Positions 26,506 through 40,891 of a DNA stretch of 64,000 nucleotides are shown piece by piece. The notes below the pieces were generated by a model. That model had not been told where the DNA came from. It worked only from the letters and a program-made list of their open reading frames with translations, and made no database searches. The translations under genes and the position numbers were made by a program. How positions within the stretch are numbered: the first letter of the stretch is position 1; each line of letters begins with the position of its first letter. The stretch comes from Lama guanicoe (lineage: Eukaryota). The stretch lies in contig MU054338.1 in the NCBI GenBank assembly GCA_013239625.1, positions 4,750,724-4,814,723 on the forward strand, written 5' to 3'.

Positions 26506-28869
26506 GGGCTTTACACCAGACAAGTCTGAGATCAAACCATTTCCCAGCAATGTCTCCTAGTTTCTTAATTACTATCTGAGCCTCAGCATTCCCTTCTGCA
26601 AAATGAGAATAACATCTTCTCACAGGCTCCAGTGAGGATTCCAGGAGGCAGAGCCTGTCCCATTCTTGGCACAGGACTTAGCACATAATAAGTGCTCAGT
26701 AAGCCTTAGCTAGTGAAGAGTGGTCAAAGATGGCCTTGTTTATCTACGGGACACAACAATAAACGTCCTGGTCCCTGTATTCGAGAGAACATAGTCTGAA
26801 GGAGGAGGCAGCTAACTGAAGACGAGATGAGAGGGGCTGCAAGAGAAGGCAGCCAGAACGCTGGCAGGGGGCAAATCCTAAGGGACCCCCCCCAACCCCA
26901 GATTTCTTTGTTCTCTGCAGTCCGCAACTTTCCACAATGAGTGCAGGAGAAGAAAGCACAATGCTTAAGAGTTCGGAGTGTAAGCCAGAGCACCTGGGTT
27001 TTGGGTTCGAATCCCATTTCTACTGCTTACTACCCCCGTGACCCGGGGCCAGCGGCGTAGCCTGCCGGGGCCTCCGGGGCCTCGTCTGGGAGAAGGAATT
27101 GTTGCAGCATCAGATGCAGAGCACTCAGAACCGCGTCTGGCACGAAACTAGCGTTTGCTGCCAAGAAGATTCTGATGATTAGGATATCAAAGGGAAAGTT
27201 TAAAAAAAAATGGAAGAAGGAAAAGAACATTTCAATAGGAAGTACAAACCTTTGCCTAAGAACAAACCCTTCAAGGGTGACTGCGCATGCATTTAAATAC
27301 CTGGTGTTCACGGTAGAGATGGAGACAACATTGTAAACTGACTACACTTCAATCAATCAACCAATCAGTACGCGGTCCTTAATGCAATAGCGCATCCCAC
27401 CTTCCAGAGGCCCTGAAACACGGATGGAAGGGCAAAGTCAAGAAGGAAAGACCGGCCTCCCTCTGCTCCCCGCTCCTGCTTTCTTGCTGATGTCCAGAGA
27501 CGGCATCACTGACCAGTTCCCTGGCGCCCAGCAGGCCTCGGCTTCACCCACCCCTCTGACTGGCAGCGAGCAGCTGGGGTGGCCTCCCAGAAAAAAATGC
27601 CCGTGGGTTTGGCCAGAGCAGCTGGTCAAGCAAGCCTCGTGGTTTCTGGTCCCCCCTCCCCAAAAGCCCAGAGCTTGGGGTCCCCAGAGTGTCGGGAGCC
27701 AAGCACCAGGTAAGCGTGAGTCCGAGCGCCCAGCCCTCCTCAGCAGGTCACACGGTGGGCCTTTCCCTCTGCCTGCCCCCAAGACCGAAGTCGGAAATGG
27801 AGCCAAGCTTTGGCAGACACTTCCCCAGTGGCTGGTCTGCCCAGAAAGGGTAGTAGCCTTATAGTGCCTGAGAGAAGCTTCCAGAACCTTCACAAAGTGC
27901 CAGGGGCTGGGCTAAGTGCACCCTGTGTAGAATCTCATTCCACCCCTAAACCACAGCCCTGACAAGCAGGTCCCATCATCATCGTGGCTCTTCAGATCGG
28001 GAAACACAGGCGTGGTCCAGCTCGTGAGCAGCAGATGGCAAAGCAAGACTCGGAACAATTCTCGTGACCACCTGGAAGCGGGGCCAGCGAGGCCGGCCCT
28101 CTGGATCCTAAGGACTCACCAAGGTGGGGGGCAGGGAGGTGTTCTCCAACCCTGGAGACCAGTTAGGGCTTTGCCCCAGGCTTTCGCCCACAGACCTCCC
28201 TCTTGTAACCTTCCCCACAATGCGCTCAGCCACATATTCAAGGTCTGTTATTTGTCACCAGAAGGCCCTCTCCAAGGAGGCAGGGGCTGTTCCCTCCTGT
28301 GGCCCCGAGGACCCCAGTACCTGGCACGTAGCCGTCTCTCAATAAACACATTTTGTGGCCCAGTGTACATGGACTCCGCCTCTACCCTGCCCATCCAGGA
28401 CTCCTTGCACTTGACCTCTACTGGCACCTCCACCCCGAATACACAGACAGTGATGGAGAGGGAGCATTTCAAGCCACACGACACAGTGACTTTTTTTTCC
28501 TTGTAATTACTTTAACCATTGTGAATTTTTTTTCTCCCTCTGCCAAAAGCATCATTGTTGGGGTCAGGTGGAAGAGGGGACACTGTAGAAAAGGCTTAAA
28601 CTGGGTCCAAGGACCACCCAATGCATCCATGCCAAATGCTGACCGGACCTTTGATGTTTCCAGAGCCTGGCCATTGTGCAAGAAAAAGGCTTGAAGAGAC
28701 CTCTAGGAGAATGGAAGACTTGATGGATAGTTTTCACAGGTCTGTGTCTGTTGCCTGAGACAGGGGAGTATTCTCCAAAAGCTCATTTCAGTCTGTTTTG
28801 CATTCAAATGTCCCACATCATATTGTATAAGCCTTCTAAAGCCACAGTAACAAAATAATATTTTAAAAG

Positions 28870-29365
28870 CTGGAGGTGTACACTCATGTTCAGAGCAACC
28901 TTATTCAATAGCCAAGAGGTGGAGGTAACCCAAGTGTCTATTGATGGATAAATGGATAAGCAAAATGTGGTTCATCCACAGGATGGAATATTACTCAGCC
29001 CTAAAAAGGAAGGAAATTCTGACACCTGCTACCACATGAATGAACCTTAAGGACATTATACTCAGTGAAATAAGCCAGATTTAAAAAAAAATACTGTATG
29101 ATTCCATTTATTTGAGGTCCCTAGAGGAGTCAAATCCACAGAGACAGAAAGTGGGATGGTGGGGGCCAGGGGCTGGGGGAGGGACGGGGAGTGAGTGTTT
29201 CATGGGGACAGAGTTTCAGTTTGGGAACATGAGAAAGTTCAGGCAATGGATGGTGGGGATGACTGCACAACAGTGTAAATGTGCTTAATGCCACTGAGCT
29301 GCACACTTAAAGATGGCTAAGACGGGAAATTTTATGTTATGTGTATTTTACCACAATTAAAGAAA
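28870..29365 (+). mobile_element. L1MB-type 3' fragment
   Basis: atggaatattactcagccctaaaaaggaaggaaattctgacac...ttttatgttatgtgtattttaccacaat. Confidence 0.85.
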
Positions 29366-30730
29366 TGGAAGGGGGAAAAAAAGCCAGAGATGAGTTGTAC
29401 TCAATAGACAAGAGTGTCTGTTCAAAAAAAAAAATCATATCTTGACATCTGTTATCAGGACAGGACAATGCCTTGCCTAGGGGACCCCATCACTGATTAC
29501 AAACCAGGAGCAGCTGACATCAATGCCAGATGCCAGGATCCGGTACCTGGAAGGTCTCAGCCGCAGGAATACGTGCAAAGCCACACCTTCCCTGGTGGCG
29601 AAACTGCCAGTGCTGGAAAAGCAAGCCCTGTTCTCAAAAGCACAAGATTAAAAAAAAAAAAAAAAAAAAAAGCACTGCTCAGAACATTAGGGACATTTCT
29701 TCAGATAATACCGTCCTGGATGTTTTGACTAAAATCGGTACAGAAATAAATCCACAGAGGAATGTCTTAAATTATATCTCAAGACGTGTGAGCCTGGAGC
29801 ATTTCAAACAAGAATGTGAATTTGGAGGACGGAGCACTGGGATGAAAAAGCGTTCGCTGTTTTCCCTGGTGCCCCAGCTAGAAGTGGCTTAAGCAGCTCT
29901 AAACAGAAGGGGCAGCCCCCACCGCCCCCCACTCCCCCTCCAAAACACACACGCTATGTTTGTGCCTCAGACATGGTACAAACCCTCACTGTCTTTTATT
30001 AGCTGTGTGGCCTTAGCAAATTAAGTAACCCCTCTGGTCTCTAAAGCAAGGATAACAGAGCTCCCCTTGCAGCTGTGTGTCCGCATAACACAGGAGGTCC
30101 TAGGCAGCCTCTCCTCCCCACCCCCACCTCCGGATTCTTCAAGATCATCTCTCCCACCCAGTTCATTCACCCGCACCCGGACTCCCACCCCTGGCTGAGA
30201 AGTCTCCCTGTTCTCATACAAAATTCCAAGTCCACGGGTGGTCCTCTACTTCCGCCAGGACTTTGCCCCGGCTTCGATCCTTCCTCTTGGGCATCACTTG
30301 GCTTCTCTGTGTCCCTGACCTACCGACGTTCTCAAGACTTTCCCACAGTATAATGATCATCATTCCTTCCCCATCCACAAACCACCAGGCTGTCTTCCCT
30401 TCATCGCTCAACCTCTTAAAGAGCGGTGTCCACTCTCACCTCCTGTTTCCTCCCGTCCAGCATCCCAGACCTGGAAGGGCCCCTCCCCGGAGGTCAATGG
30501 AGTCCTCCCTACTGAGTCCATGGATGCTACTTAGGACTCACCCTGTGTGGCTTCCTCATAGCTTTGAGCTCAGGTAAGAAGCCCCTCCTTTCTCCCTTCC
30601 CTTATCTTTTGTGATACAACCCTTAAACCATCCACTCACTTTCTCTTGTCCCGTCTCACATTCGCTAATTCTTCCCCGGGAATTCCGCAACGTGTGAAAG
30701 AGTCAATAAAACAATCAACAAGTAACACAG

Positions 30731-30756
30731 TGTGTGTGTGTGTGTGTGTGTGTGTG
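30731..30756. repeat. (TG)13 microsatellite
   Basis: Directly visible perfect repeat. Confidence 0.95.
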
Positions 30757-31906
30757 GAACTAGTCTTCCTGGAAACCAAAACATTACAAAACAACACTGA
30801 TTAGAACAGTAACAGCCCCGGAGAGAGAAAAGGCAGGCGTATTCACAGAGACCCAGAAACAGACCCCAAATCAATGACAAAGGCAAATTTCTTCAATAAA
30901 CGGCATTGAGACTCTGACTAGTTTTTGGGGTGGGGAGGGGAACGGATACCCTTTTGAATTATGAGCACAAACAAATCCCACATACCCAGGACAGTTTTTT
31001 TAAAGGATAATAATTAAAATTAAAATAGAAAACTTGGAGGGAAAAAAAAGCATTCATTTTTATGGATAGAAGGGAACTTTCTCAGCATAAAATAATACGA
31101 GAGGCATGTGAAAATCCAGCTCTGACCTCCATAAACATTTTAAGCTTCTCGAGCAACTGACACCCAGAGTACTTTCACCACTGAACAAAAACGTCTGAAA
31201 ACGTAATTGGCAAAGAGTTAACAGTCTTCGTGGAGGAAAACCACACACCGATTAATATTTCAAAAACCACTAAGGCACTAAAAAATAAATGGACAAAGGC
31301 TACGAACAGGAGGGAGAGAAAACCCAAATGATAAACAAACATGTTTTAAAAGGTTCGACCCTGATAGGAATCAAAGAAACGCAAATAGAACAATGACACC
31401 ACCTCAGCCCCTCCCTCCGGGAAGTTAGGAAAGACTTTTCAAACAACACTCAAAGCTGGCCAAGGTGTTCCCTCTCAGCCAATGCGAAGAGGAGTGCCCT
31501 CTGGTACAACATTTCCGGAAAGCCATTTGGCAATCTGTATCAAAAAACTTTGACCCAGAAATTACACTTCAGGAAAAGCAAGATGTGAAGGGAAAAAGAA
31601 AAAAAGTCCCATAAAGCTTTGACCCGCCCCAAATGTTCACCCCTCTTTGTGAAAACTGACAATCATCCAAATGCCCCCAAAACAGGGAGAGTTAGTTAAG
31701 ACAGAACAGAAACACTAGCAGGAAGGACCCCCGATCATTGTGGAATACGGATGGCTGTTTTGGTTTTTTCGCTTTACACAGTTCTCTTTTCCAATCTGCA
31801 ATCTCACTTCTATAATCAGATAGAAAATAAATTTGGATTTTTTTTTTACAACAAAGTCCATGCTCATCTGCTGGCTCAAGCAAGAGGAACATTCAACTGT
31901 CTAGCC

Positions 31907-32114
31907 CAGGATTTGGCAACATCCGGCCCCCTGCTTGGTTTTGCAAATAAAGTTTTATTGAAACACAGCCACGAGCACTTGCTTATGCGTTGCCTGTGGC
32001 TGCTTTCCCACGCCAATAGTGGGAGGCTGAGTGGTTGCCATGGAGACCAGTGCAGACTGCAAGGCTTAAAATATTTAATTTCGGAGGCTTTGCAGGAAAC
32101 TTTGCCACCACCTG
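31907..32114 (-). mobile_element. MER58A, reverse orientation, ~80 bp from exon 2 donor
   Basis: aaataaagttttattgaaacacagccac...tggctgcttt...aaaatattta...aaactttgccaccacctg. Confidence 0.82.
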
Positions 32115-32169
32115 GTCTCGTGAATGCCTCCAGCTTCTTTCTAACAAACAAACCATGAGAAACGGCTTA

Positions 32170-32859
<690 letters not shown>

Positions 32860-33700
32860 TCAGAAGAGCCCTGTGCTTGGCGTAATGCTCTTCCCTCCAC
32901 CTTGAAATCCTTAATCGTTTCTGAGCGAGGGGCCCCAGGGTTTCATTCTGCGCTGGGCTCTGCGAATTCTCTAGCCAGCCCTGATCGGTGGCTTTCTCTG
33001 TGAAGTGTCCATGCCTAAGTAATTACTCTCAAAGGGCAAAATAATAATAATAATAATTCCTTTGGCAGTACCTGTGAGAAGCCTTAAAGTCATTGCATCA
33101 AATATGATGCAATGGAGACACTGGGATTACAAGGGATTGAGTAATGCAGCAGGTGCCAAAGGGGAAAGGAGAACCATCCCCAGTGAGTCAGTGGCGATAA
33201 TCTTCAGGAAATAGATTTATGGGGGTAAAGGTGCCCGCCTCAGAAACGGGACAAGGAGAACTGACACTGTTTTGTCAATTCTCCCACCTCGATGACGCTC
33301 CTTCTCAACCTGCCTCCCTGGCAGGCAGCCAAGGCCTAATTACCTTTACCTGGATGTGGCAAGGGCTTGCCAGAGAGTCTGATCTCCCCTGCACAAACAC
33401 CCTGCATGCTCATTCTCCCGCAGGTGGCCCCTCCATGGCTCCCCACGGCCCTGCACTTTCCTCCCAGGGCCATGGAGGTTCTGCACCTGCATCTGTACCA
33501 TGTGACAAGGCCTGCCCACCGCTCACACAATTCTGTGCCCTCCCTGTAATGTGACCTATGAAGAGGAGTGAGTGAAATCACGCAGTGGCTGGCACATAGT
33601 AGGTGCTCTGTTAGAGTCAGCTGTTTTGTTTCGCCATTGTTTGTTTCTCCTGAACATATCACAGCCATCTCTAGGGGAATACGCCTTCATTCCTCTGGAC

Positions 33701-33909
33701 CAGGGGTGGGCAAACATTTTCTATAACGGTGCAGACAATAAATATTTTCAACTGTGCGGTCAGACAGCCTCCATCCAGACTCTGCCGTTACAAGCTCAAA
33801 AGCAGCCAGAGACAATGAGTGGCTGCGGCTGTGTTCCAATAAAACTTTATTTATAAAAGCAGGCTGTGGGCTGGTGTTTCGCCCTGCCACTGTAGTTCGG
33901 TGACACTTG
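33701..33909 (+). mobile_element. MER58A, forward orientation, ~0.96 kb from exon 2 acceptor
   Basis: caggggtgggcaaacattttcta...aaagcagcca...ggctgtgttccaataaaactttattt. Confidence 0.85.
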
Positions 33910-34610
33910 CCCTAGTCCAACACAGTCCAACAGATCTTCTACAGTGATAGAAATGTTCTCCGTATGCATGGCCACCGTGGAAGCCGCTGCCATTTGTGGC
34001 TGTCAGGCACTTGAAATGTGGCTAAGACTGAGGAACTGGAGATTTGATTTTACTCTAGTTAATTTAGAAAGAAATAGATGCATGTGCCTAGTGGCTACTG
34101 TACCGAACAGGGTAGCCCTACTCCCTTGGGCTGTCAAAGTTCTTTATACCTTAGCTGCCTATTTCTAAATCCAGCCCATCATCCTCCAAGATCCAGTTCA
34201 GACACCACCTCCTCCAGGCAGCCTTCTCTGATTTCCTTTCCTCCATATACCTATTAGGATCTTTCCCTCATCCTGTGTTCCTAATACTGGAGTTAACCTT
34301 CAACGGAACTGGATTCTTTAGACAGCTTCTTGCAAACACACACACACATACACTCACTCACTCAGAAATTAGGAGCAAGCTTTGAGGGGACTGAGATGCC
34401 AGTTCCAGCCCCACACACACATGCCACTCAAGCCTGGTCTGGGGCTCTCAGCTTCTCACATCCACAGCACCCACATACAAAGGTCTGGACAGGTACTGTT
34501 TCACAGACACCCCCCAACAGGCCCCCTCTGCACCCCACAGATGGGGAAACTGGACCTCTGAGAGGCAAAGCCAAGGACACTCAAGGACATATGGCCCCCC
34601 AGTGACAGTC

Positions 34611-34790
34611 AAGGTTGCCAAATTTAGCAAATAAAAATGCAGGACACCCAGTTAAATTTGAATTTCAGATAAGCAACAAGTACTTTTAGGATAAGTATAT
34701 CCCATGCAATATTTGGGCCATACTTATCCTTAAAAATTATTCATTTTTCTATATAAAATTAACTTGGTGCCCTATATTATACCTGGCAAC
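34611..34790. mobile_element. MER53 palindromic hAT MITE
   Basis: ggttgccaaatttagcaaataaaaatgcaggacacccagttaaatttgaatttcag ... ctggcaac; central inverted repeat. Confidence 0.8.
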
Positions 34791-34974
34791 ATACAGCTTA
34801 ACTCGGCCATAGGTCTGGGCTTCTGAAGCCTGAGCCTCACACTCCGTATTTCACACAAACACACAAAATTGTGAAATTGATGCAAATACAAAGAACACAA
34901 GCCCACCGTTCTCCCCAAGCTGTGGGAGGACCAAAATCAGATATGAATGTGCGTGCATTCAAAGATTAACCAGC

Positions 34975-35768
34975 TGTTGGACATCAGAGAAATGCAAAAA
35001 CAAACCATGATGAGATACCACTTCACTCCCACCGGGATGGCTACAATTAAAACGACAGACAATAGCAAGTGTTGACAAGGATGTGGAGAAATCAGAGCCC
35101 CCATACTTTTCCGGTGGGAATGGAAAATGGTGCAGCTGCCACACAAAACCATCTGGCAGTTCCCCAAAAGGCTAAGCAAAGAGTTACCATCTGACCCAGC
35201 AACTCCACTCCAAGGTAGAGACCCAAGAGAAATGAAAACATAGGTCCACCCAGAAACATGCATACAACTCCACAGCAGCGTTATTCATGGCAGCCAAAAA
35301 GTGGGAACAACTCAGATGTCCAGGAACTGATAAATAAATAAACAAAATGTGGCGTGTCCATACACAGGGAGACTACTCGGCAGGAACACGGGAGGCAGCA
35401 CTGACACAGGCTGAGACACAGAGGAGCCTTGAAAACGTCACGCTTGGCGAAAGAAGCCAGACACAAAAGACCACATGTGGCATGATTCCTTTTACATGAA
35501 ACGTCCAGAAGAAGAAAACCCATAGACACAGAAAGCAGGTTAGTGGTTTCAAGGGGCTGGAGGAGGGGGGATGGGAAGTGACAGCCAGAGAGTATGAGAC
35601 ATCTGTGGGGGTGATGAAAGGGTTCTAAAATTGATTGTCGTGATGGCTGCACAGCTCCGTGAATGGACCAGTGTGCTAAGAGCTGCCAAACTGTAAACTT
35701 TACAATTGTAAAGTGAATTGTATGGCACTGAATTAGATCTCAATAAGTTGTTATAAAAAAAATTAAAC
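34975..35768 (+). mobile_element. L1MB-type 3' fragment
   Basis: gagataccacttcactcccaccgggatggctaca...gacccagcaactccactcc...ctcaataag. Confidence 0.82.
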
Positions 35769-38256
35769 AACTATAATTGTACGGGACAACAAAGAATTGC
35801 TTTTTTTTAAATCTCCAATGACTCTTAACAACTCATTTAAGCCATGTGTGTCTCTATGAGTCTAAGACAATAGAGCAATTTACTCCTGGGACAGGAAACA
35901 CTCAGAGGATGTTAGAAATGGTGCCAGCGATAGATGTCAGGCCTTCTGCTGGCTTTTAATTCCTCGGGGTGGGAACTGAAAGATGCATCAGGTTCTTAGC
36001 AAGTGGCACCTAGCTAATCGCCACTCTACACACAGGTAGGGAAGGACCACATGGAGCAGGGGGAGGAGGGGGGTCCTGGTGACAGCTAAGGCACTTACTA
36101 TGTAAAGCACTTGGCCACGTTCTGGAGGACATGTTCTCTGGATTAATTCTAAAAATAATCCCCAAAATAAAATTAAAAATAATCCCAGGGGAGGTGTCAT
36201 CTTCACACCCATTTTTGTGATGAGCAAATGGAGACTCAGACTGTTTCAAGTGGTAAGGCTAGGGTTTCAACCAAGCATTCGAGTGCAAAGTGTATGCCGT
36301 AACTATGTTACAGTTTTACTGTTTTTGTTCTCTAAAAAATATCCCTAAGGAAGAAGCAGGTGAATGTGACTTGGAAACAATAAAATAATGAAACAATGAA
36401 ATAATTTTCATGTAGTGGCAACCTGGAGAAAGCTTGTGAAAGAGAATTTCCTTCCATCACTCCTCTTTGACACAGCCTGGGACAACCAAGGAGGGCTTCC
36501 CAGAGGAGGTGATGCCAGGACTAAAACCTATACAAACAGTGCAATAAGAATTATTCAGCTCTACCTGCTTCATTCTAAAATCAAGCTACAGCTTGTTGCT
36601 GTGAGTCACCTGGGTGTGAAGGGTCTAGAGCCTAATCTGATAGAAATATAATGTCAGCCATATATAAAATTTTAAATTTTCTCTAAAAAGGTAAAAAGAG
36701 ACAGATGACATTAAGGACACTTAATTTAATCCAATGTATCTAAAAATTTCACTTCAACACATAAAGCAATACTAAAAAATTATTCAAATGATGTTCTACA
36801 GGATCATTTTCAGACTCGCCTCCAAATACTGTTTCACACTTACACCATGTCTCACTTCAGTTGCTAAACTTTGATCAGAAATACTCAATCCATAAATGCA
36901 GATTTCATAAAATGAATCACTGAATATGTGGGTCCTTCCTGTCCCCAAGTTGTTCCAAACATATTAAAGAGCTTCCCAATAACAGAATCAAGTCTTGCTT
37001 TCTTTTTTTAACATTTCAATCCACTAAAGTGAAATAAAACTTTACATTGACATTTAAATGAATTGAAATTAAGTAAAAGTACAGTTTTAGTCACTCTGGC
37101 CACAATTTTGAGCGCTCCATGTGGACAGTGGCCACCACAGTGGATGACAGCGATAGACCATTTCCATCAAAGCAGTATGTTCTCTTCAGCAGTGCTGGTT
37201 CAGAACTTCCCCCTCAGCTGGGGGCATCTGAGAACTTTCCAGAAGGAGAGAAGACTGACATAAGACTGGAAAGTGTCCCCTCTCCCCTGGTTTTCTCTCC
37301 ACCACGAAGGAAGCAAAGGAGAAGTATTGAGCTGGGAAGGCGGTACCTAGAAGATTCTGAAACTCCTTGAGAATGCTAAGAGTTTCAGACCTTCTGCTTT
37401 CAAAGTGATTCCTTAGACTGATTCCTTAGTCTCAACATTCTTTAAAGGCTCCCTGGTGACCAGTTCTGGGGCCACCCATTCCTCACCGCAGTCTTTCCAG
37501 TCTTAACATTGCTTCCTCTGAAGTTCAGGAGTCCTGGCCAGCAAGCCTTGGGTTCAGGTGTCAGGCCACCACCCTGCCAGTTTCAGGTCACACTAGAAAC
37601 CCAACGGGTCTGGCTTCCCACTCCAGCGCTGGCACCTACCAGCTACATAATCCTGGCCACATGCTCAGATGACTGTGTGCCTCAGTTTCCTCACCCGTAA
37701 AGGATAGTGATCGCATCATAAAAAGTATGAAGAAGTGGTGAGACCTGGGGTCTGGCCACATCCACATATTAGTTCTCCACTCCAAGCGACATGACACCAA
37801 CTCCCAGACTTACTCCCTTCAGAAATTAGAATGCTGAGGTATCAGATACCCTTAAGATTGTCCGTCTGCCTGAAAGACTGGCTCTCCGAACAGACTTCCA
37901 CAGAGAAGGGAACATGGCGGAACTGCGGCAGGTGGCAGCATCAGGAGACCTAGATTCCAAAGCCGGGTCTGGAACAGGTAAGTCACTCTTTTATTCATTC
38001 AACAAACAAAGGTTGGCTGGGCATCCTGGTGTGCCAGGCATCCTGCTGGGCATGGGGACTATCAAGATGGATAAGGTGCCTTCCAGCACCCAGAGACTCC
38101 TGTTCTGGAAGTCTGCTGCAGGTAGGTTCACACATGCAATATGACCTTGATGCCAGGTCATTGAACCCCGCACTGTCCACAAAGGCCCAAGACTCAAAAC
38201 ATAGCTGTCCATCAAAAGGGGATCAGTTAAATCAACCATAATCCATCCACGTTCTG

Positions 38257-38432
38257 CAGTGGTTCTCAAAGTGAGGTCCCTGGACTGGCAGCATCAGCAT
38301 CACTGGAGAACCTGTTAGACAGGCAGATTCTCAGGCTCAACCCCAGACCTCCTGGATTAGAAACTCAGATGGAGGAGCCAGGAACCTGCACTTACCACGC
38401 CCTCTAGGTGATTCTGATGCCCACTCAGGTGC
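38257..38432. mobile_element. MER5A
   Basis: cagtggttctcaaagtgaggtccctggactggcagcatcagcatcac...ggtgattctgatgc. Confidence 0.8.
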
Positions 38433-38452
38433 AAAAAAGCAATGATACAACG

Positions 38453-38752
38453 TAGGGATCAGCAAACTTTTCCTATGAAGGGCCGGACAGTAAATACGTT
38501 CGGTTTTGTGGGTGATGTGGTCTCGGTAGCAACTACTTAACTTCTTATTTGTAGCACTAAACCATGACAACGTGGTGTGGTTGTGCTCCAGTAAAATTTT
38601 ATCTAGAGATACTGAAATTCAAATTCCATAAGTTTCATGTTTCATGAAGTAATAATTGGAATTTTTGTTCAATCACTTAAAAATATGAAAACAATTCTCA
38701 ACTCAGGAGCAGGTGATGGGCCAGACTTGGCCCGTGGGCCATAGTTCCTTGC
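38453..38752 (+). mobile_element. MER58B
   Basis: gggatcagcaaacttttcctatgaagggccggacagtaaatac...ggcccgtgggccatagtt. Confidence 0.75.
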
Positions 38753-40049
38753 CATCCAATGCAATGGAATGTTATGCAGCTGTTAAAAGGAATAAAGAAG
38801 CTCCTTAGGGGAAAAAAATCTCCAGGATAAATTGTCAATACTAAAGGGCAAGATGATTAGTCTGAGTGATATGCTATCACTTATGAAAAATGGGGGGAGG
38901 GAAATAATTATACATATTACTGTATATGCACTGTTCTCTAGAATGGTAAACATACCCTCCCCCACCCCAAATGCAACACTGATTGCGGAAAAGGAGGGAG
39001 TAGCCAGGTAACAAGAAGGGAAAAAGAATTTCACTGCCAATGCCCTTCATACCTGTGAATTTTGGCTCTGCAGCTGGATCATATAACCAAAAAGTCAGAA
39101 AAGGGTTAAAAGGAAATATAAATGAATAAGAGGTAAGGAAGTGAGGCTGCAGGATATTCTTTCCAGGGATCTTGTGAAAGGAAAGAGCCAGCGTGACTCG
39201 TGGGGACATCATCTTCAGGGAGATTTATGGATGGGTCAAAGACGGGAGCTGAAGCATTTCCCAGTATTTTCACAAAAATTCCCAGCAAAAGCAAGGAACA
39301 GTACACAGAGAGAAGATCTCCGGAGGCTGGTCTTCAACACAGATGGAGGAATGTGACTCGAGTAGAAGGGAGGGTCCCTCTGCCACCACTGAGGCCAGTC
39401 ATGCAGGGTGGGAGCCCCCAAGGAACAGAGGGATGCAGATGAGAACCATGGACCATCAAAGATGGAGAAGGGGTCGGGGGGATGGTGTCATCAGTGGCCC
39501 AGAAATTAAAAAGGGCCACAATGAGACCTTCACCATCCAGACTTCTCCCGATGCCACCAGTCTTGGGTACCGACAGCACCTTTTGAACAAACGAAGAGCC
39601 AGCAAGGGGCTGTGGGGGATGTGGAAGTGGAAGAAAGTTCCGGGGAAAGATAGCACCCCAGGGGTCCCCATAGGGTTCCCTCTCCTCGGGTGGGAAAGGC
39701 AGGTGCCCGAGTCGTGACATTCACAAGGCCGGGGCATCACAAGGCCGGAGGAGACCTGAAAATTCCATGGACCGTGGGTCTGCTGTGGGAGACGAGCTCA
39801 GAAAAACAGGCTTTGAAAGGGCAGCACCCGAGAGCTACAGCAGGAAGAAAGGCCAGCCGGGGCGCGGGACGGGCTCCGCTGGGAACCGCCGGGAGGGCGC
39901 GGGGGGCGGGCAGCGCCCGGCTGGGCTGTGGCCGACACGCAGAACGCTGTCCGCTTGTCTAGGAAGAGGAGAGGCATCAAGGCAGAGAGAGGAACACGTC
40001 CCCCTCAAGGTCACAAAGCAAGGACGAGAGAGAGCTGAGATTTGAGGCC

Positions 40050-40443
40050 AGGATAATAGTCTCCTGAGGCCACCCTAACAAGGGGCCACAGGCCAGGTGG
40101 CTGAAGCAAGGTAGATTTATTTTCTCCCAATTCTGGAGCCTCAAAGTCCAAGATCAAGGGATTGGCAGGCTTGGATCCTGCTGGGGCCACTCCCTCTGGC
40201 TTGCAGACGGCCGTCTTCTCCCTGTGTCCTCACGTGGGCTTCCCTCTGTGCGTGTCTCAGTCTTAATCTCCTCTTCTCACGAGGGCATGAGTCTTACTGG
40301 ATTAGGGCCCACCTTAAAGGTCTCATTTTACCTTGACTACCTCTCTACAAACCCTCTCTCCAAAGGCAGTCACATTCCGAGGTGCTCGGGTGAGGGCTTC
40401 AACCCATGAATTCTGGGAGGGGACACAGCTCAGCCCGTCACAC
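40050..40443 (-). mobile_element. MLT1 solo LTR
   Basis: aagtccaagatcaaggg...ggcttgcagacggccgtcttctccctgtgtcctcac...ggattagggcccacc. Confidence 0.8.
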
Positions 40444-40891
40444 ACAGGCCCCCAGGACACCAGCACCGGCACCCTTAGTCACCACACAGGATTTCTCAAA
40501 GTGTGCTCCGTGGACCACCAGCATCAGAATTCCCTGGAGTGGGGAGGCGGGCAGATTCCCAGGCCCAGCTCTAGGCCCAAGAATCTGCATTTTACACAAG
40601 GTTCCCCGAGGCTGTGTAAGGGACTCAAGCAGGTAGTAGACATATGGTCTACCCGACCTGGGCCACCTCTCCGGCCCGCATTCTCCTGCCCCCTCTGTTC
40701 CTCTGAGCTCTTTGCCCCAGGAACAATGTCGTCAGATTCCTTCTTTGGGGTTATTGATTGTTACTAGAGGGAACCCCATAAGCCTGGCGGACTGGCTTCC
40801 ACGAATTTCAAAAAAAGCTGGACTCACATCCATTTTACCTGCCTCAGCCCCCAGCAGCCGTGTCTTCAGAGCCACTCCTGCCCTCAGTTCT

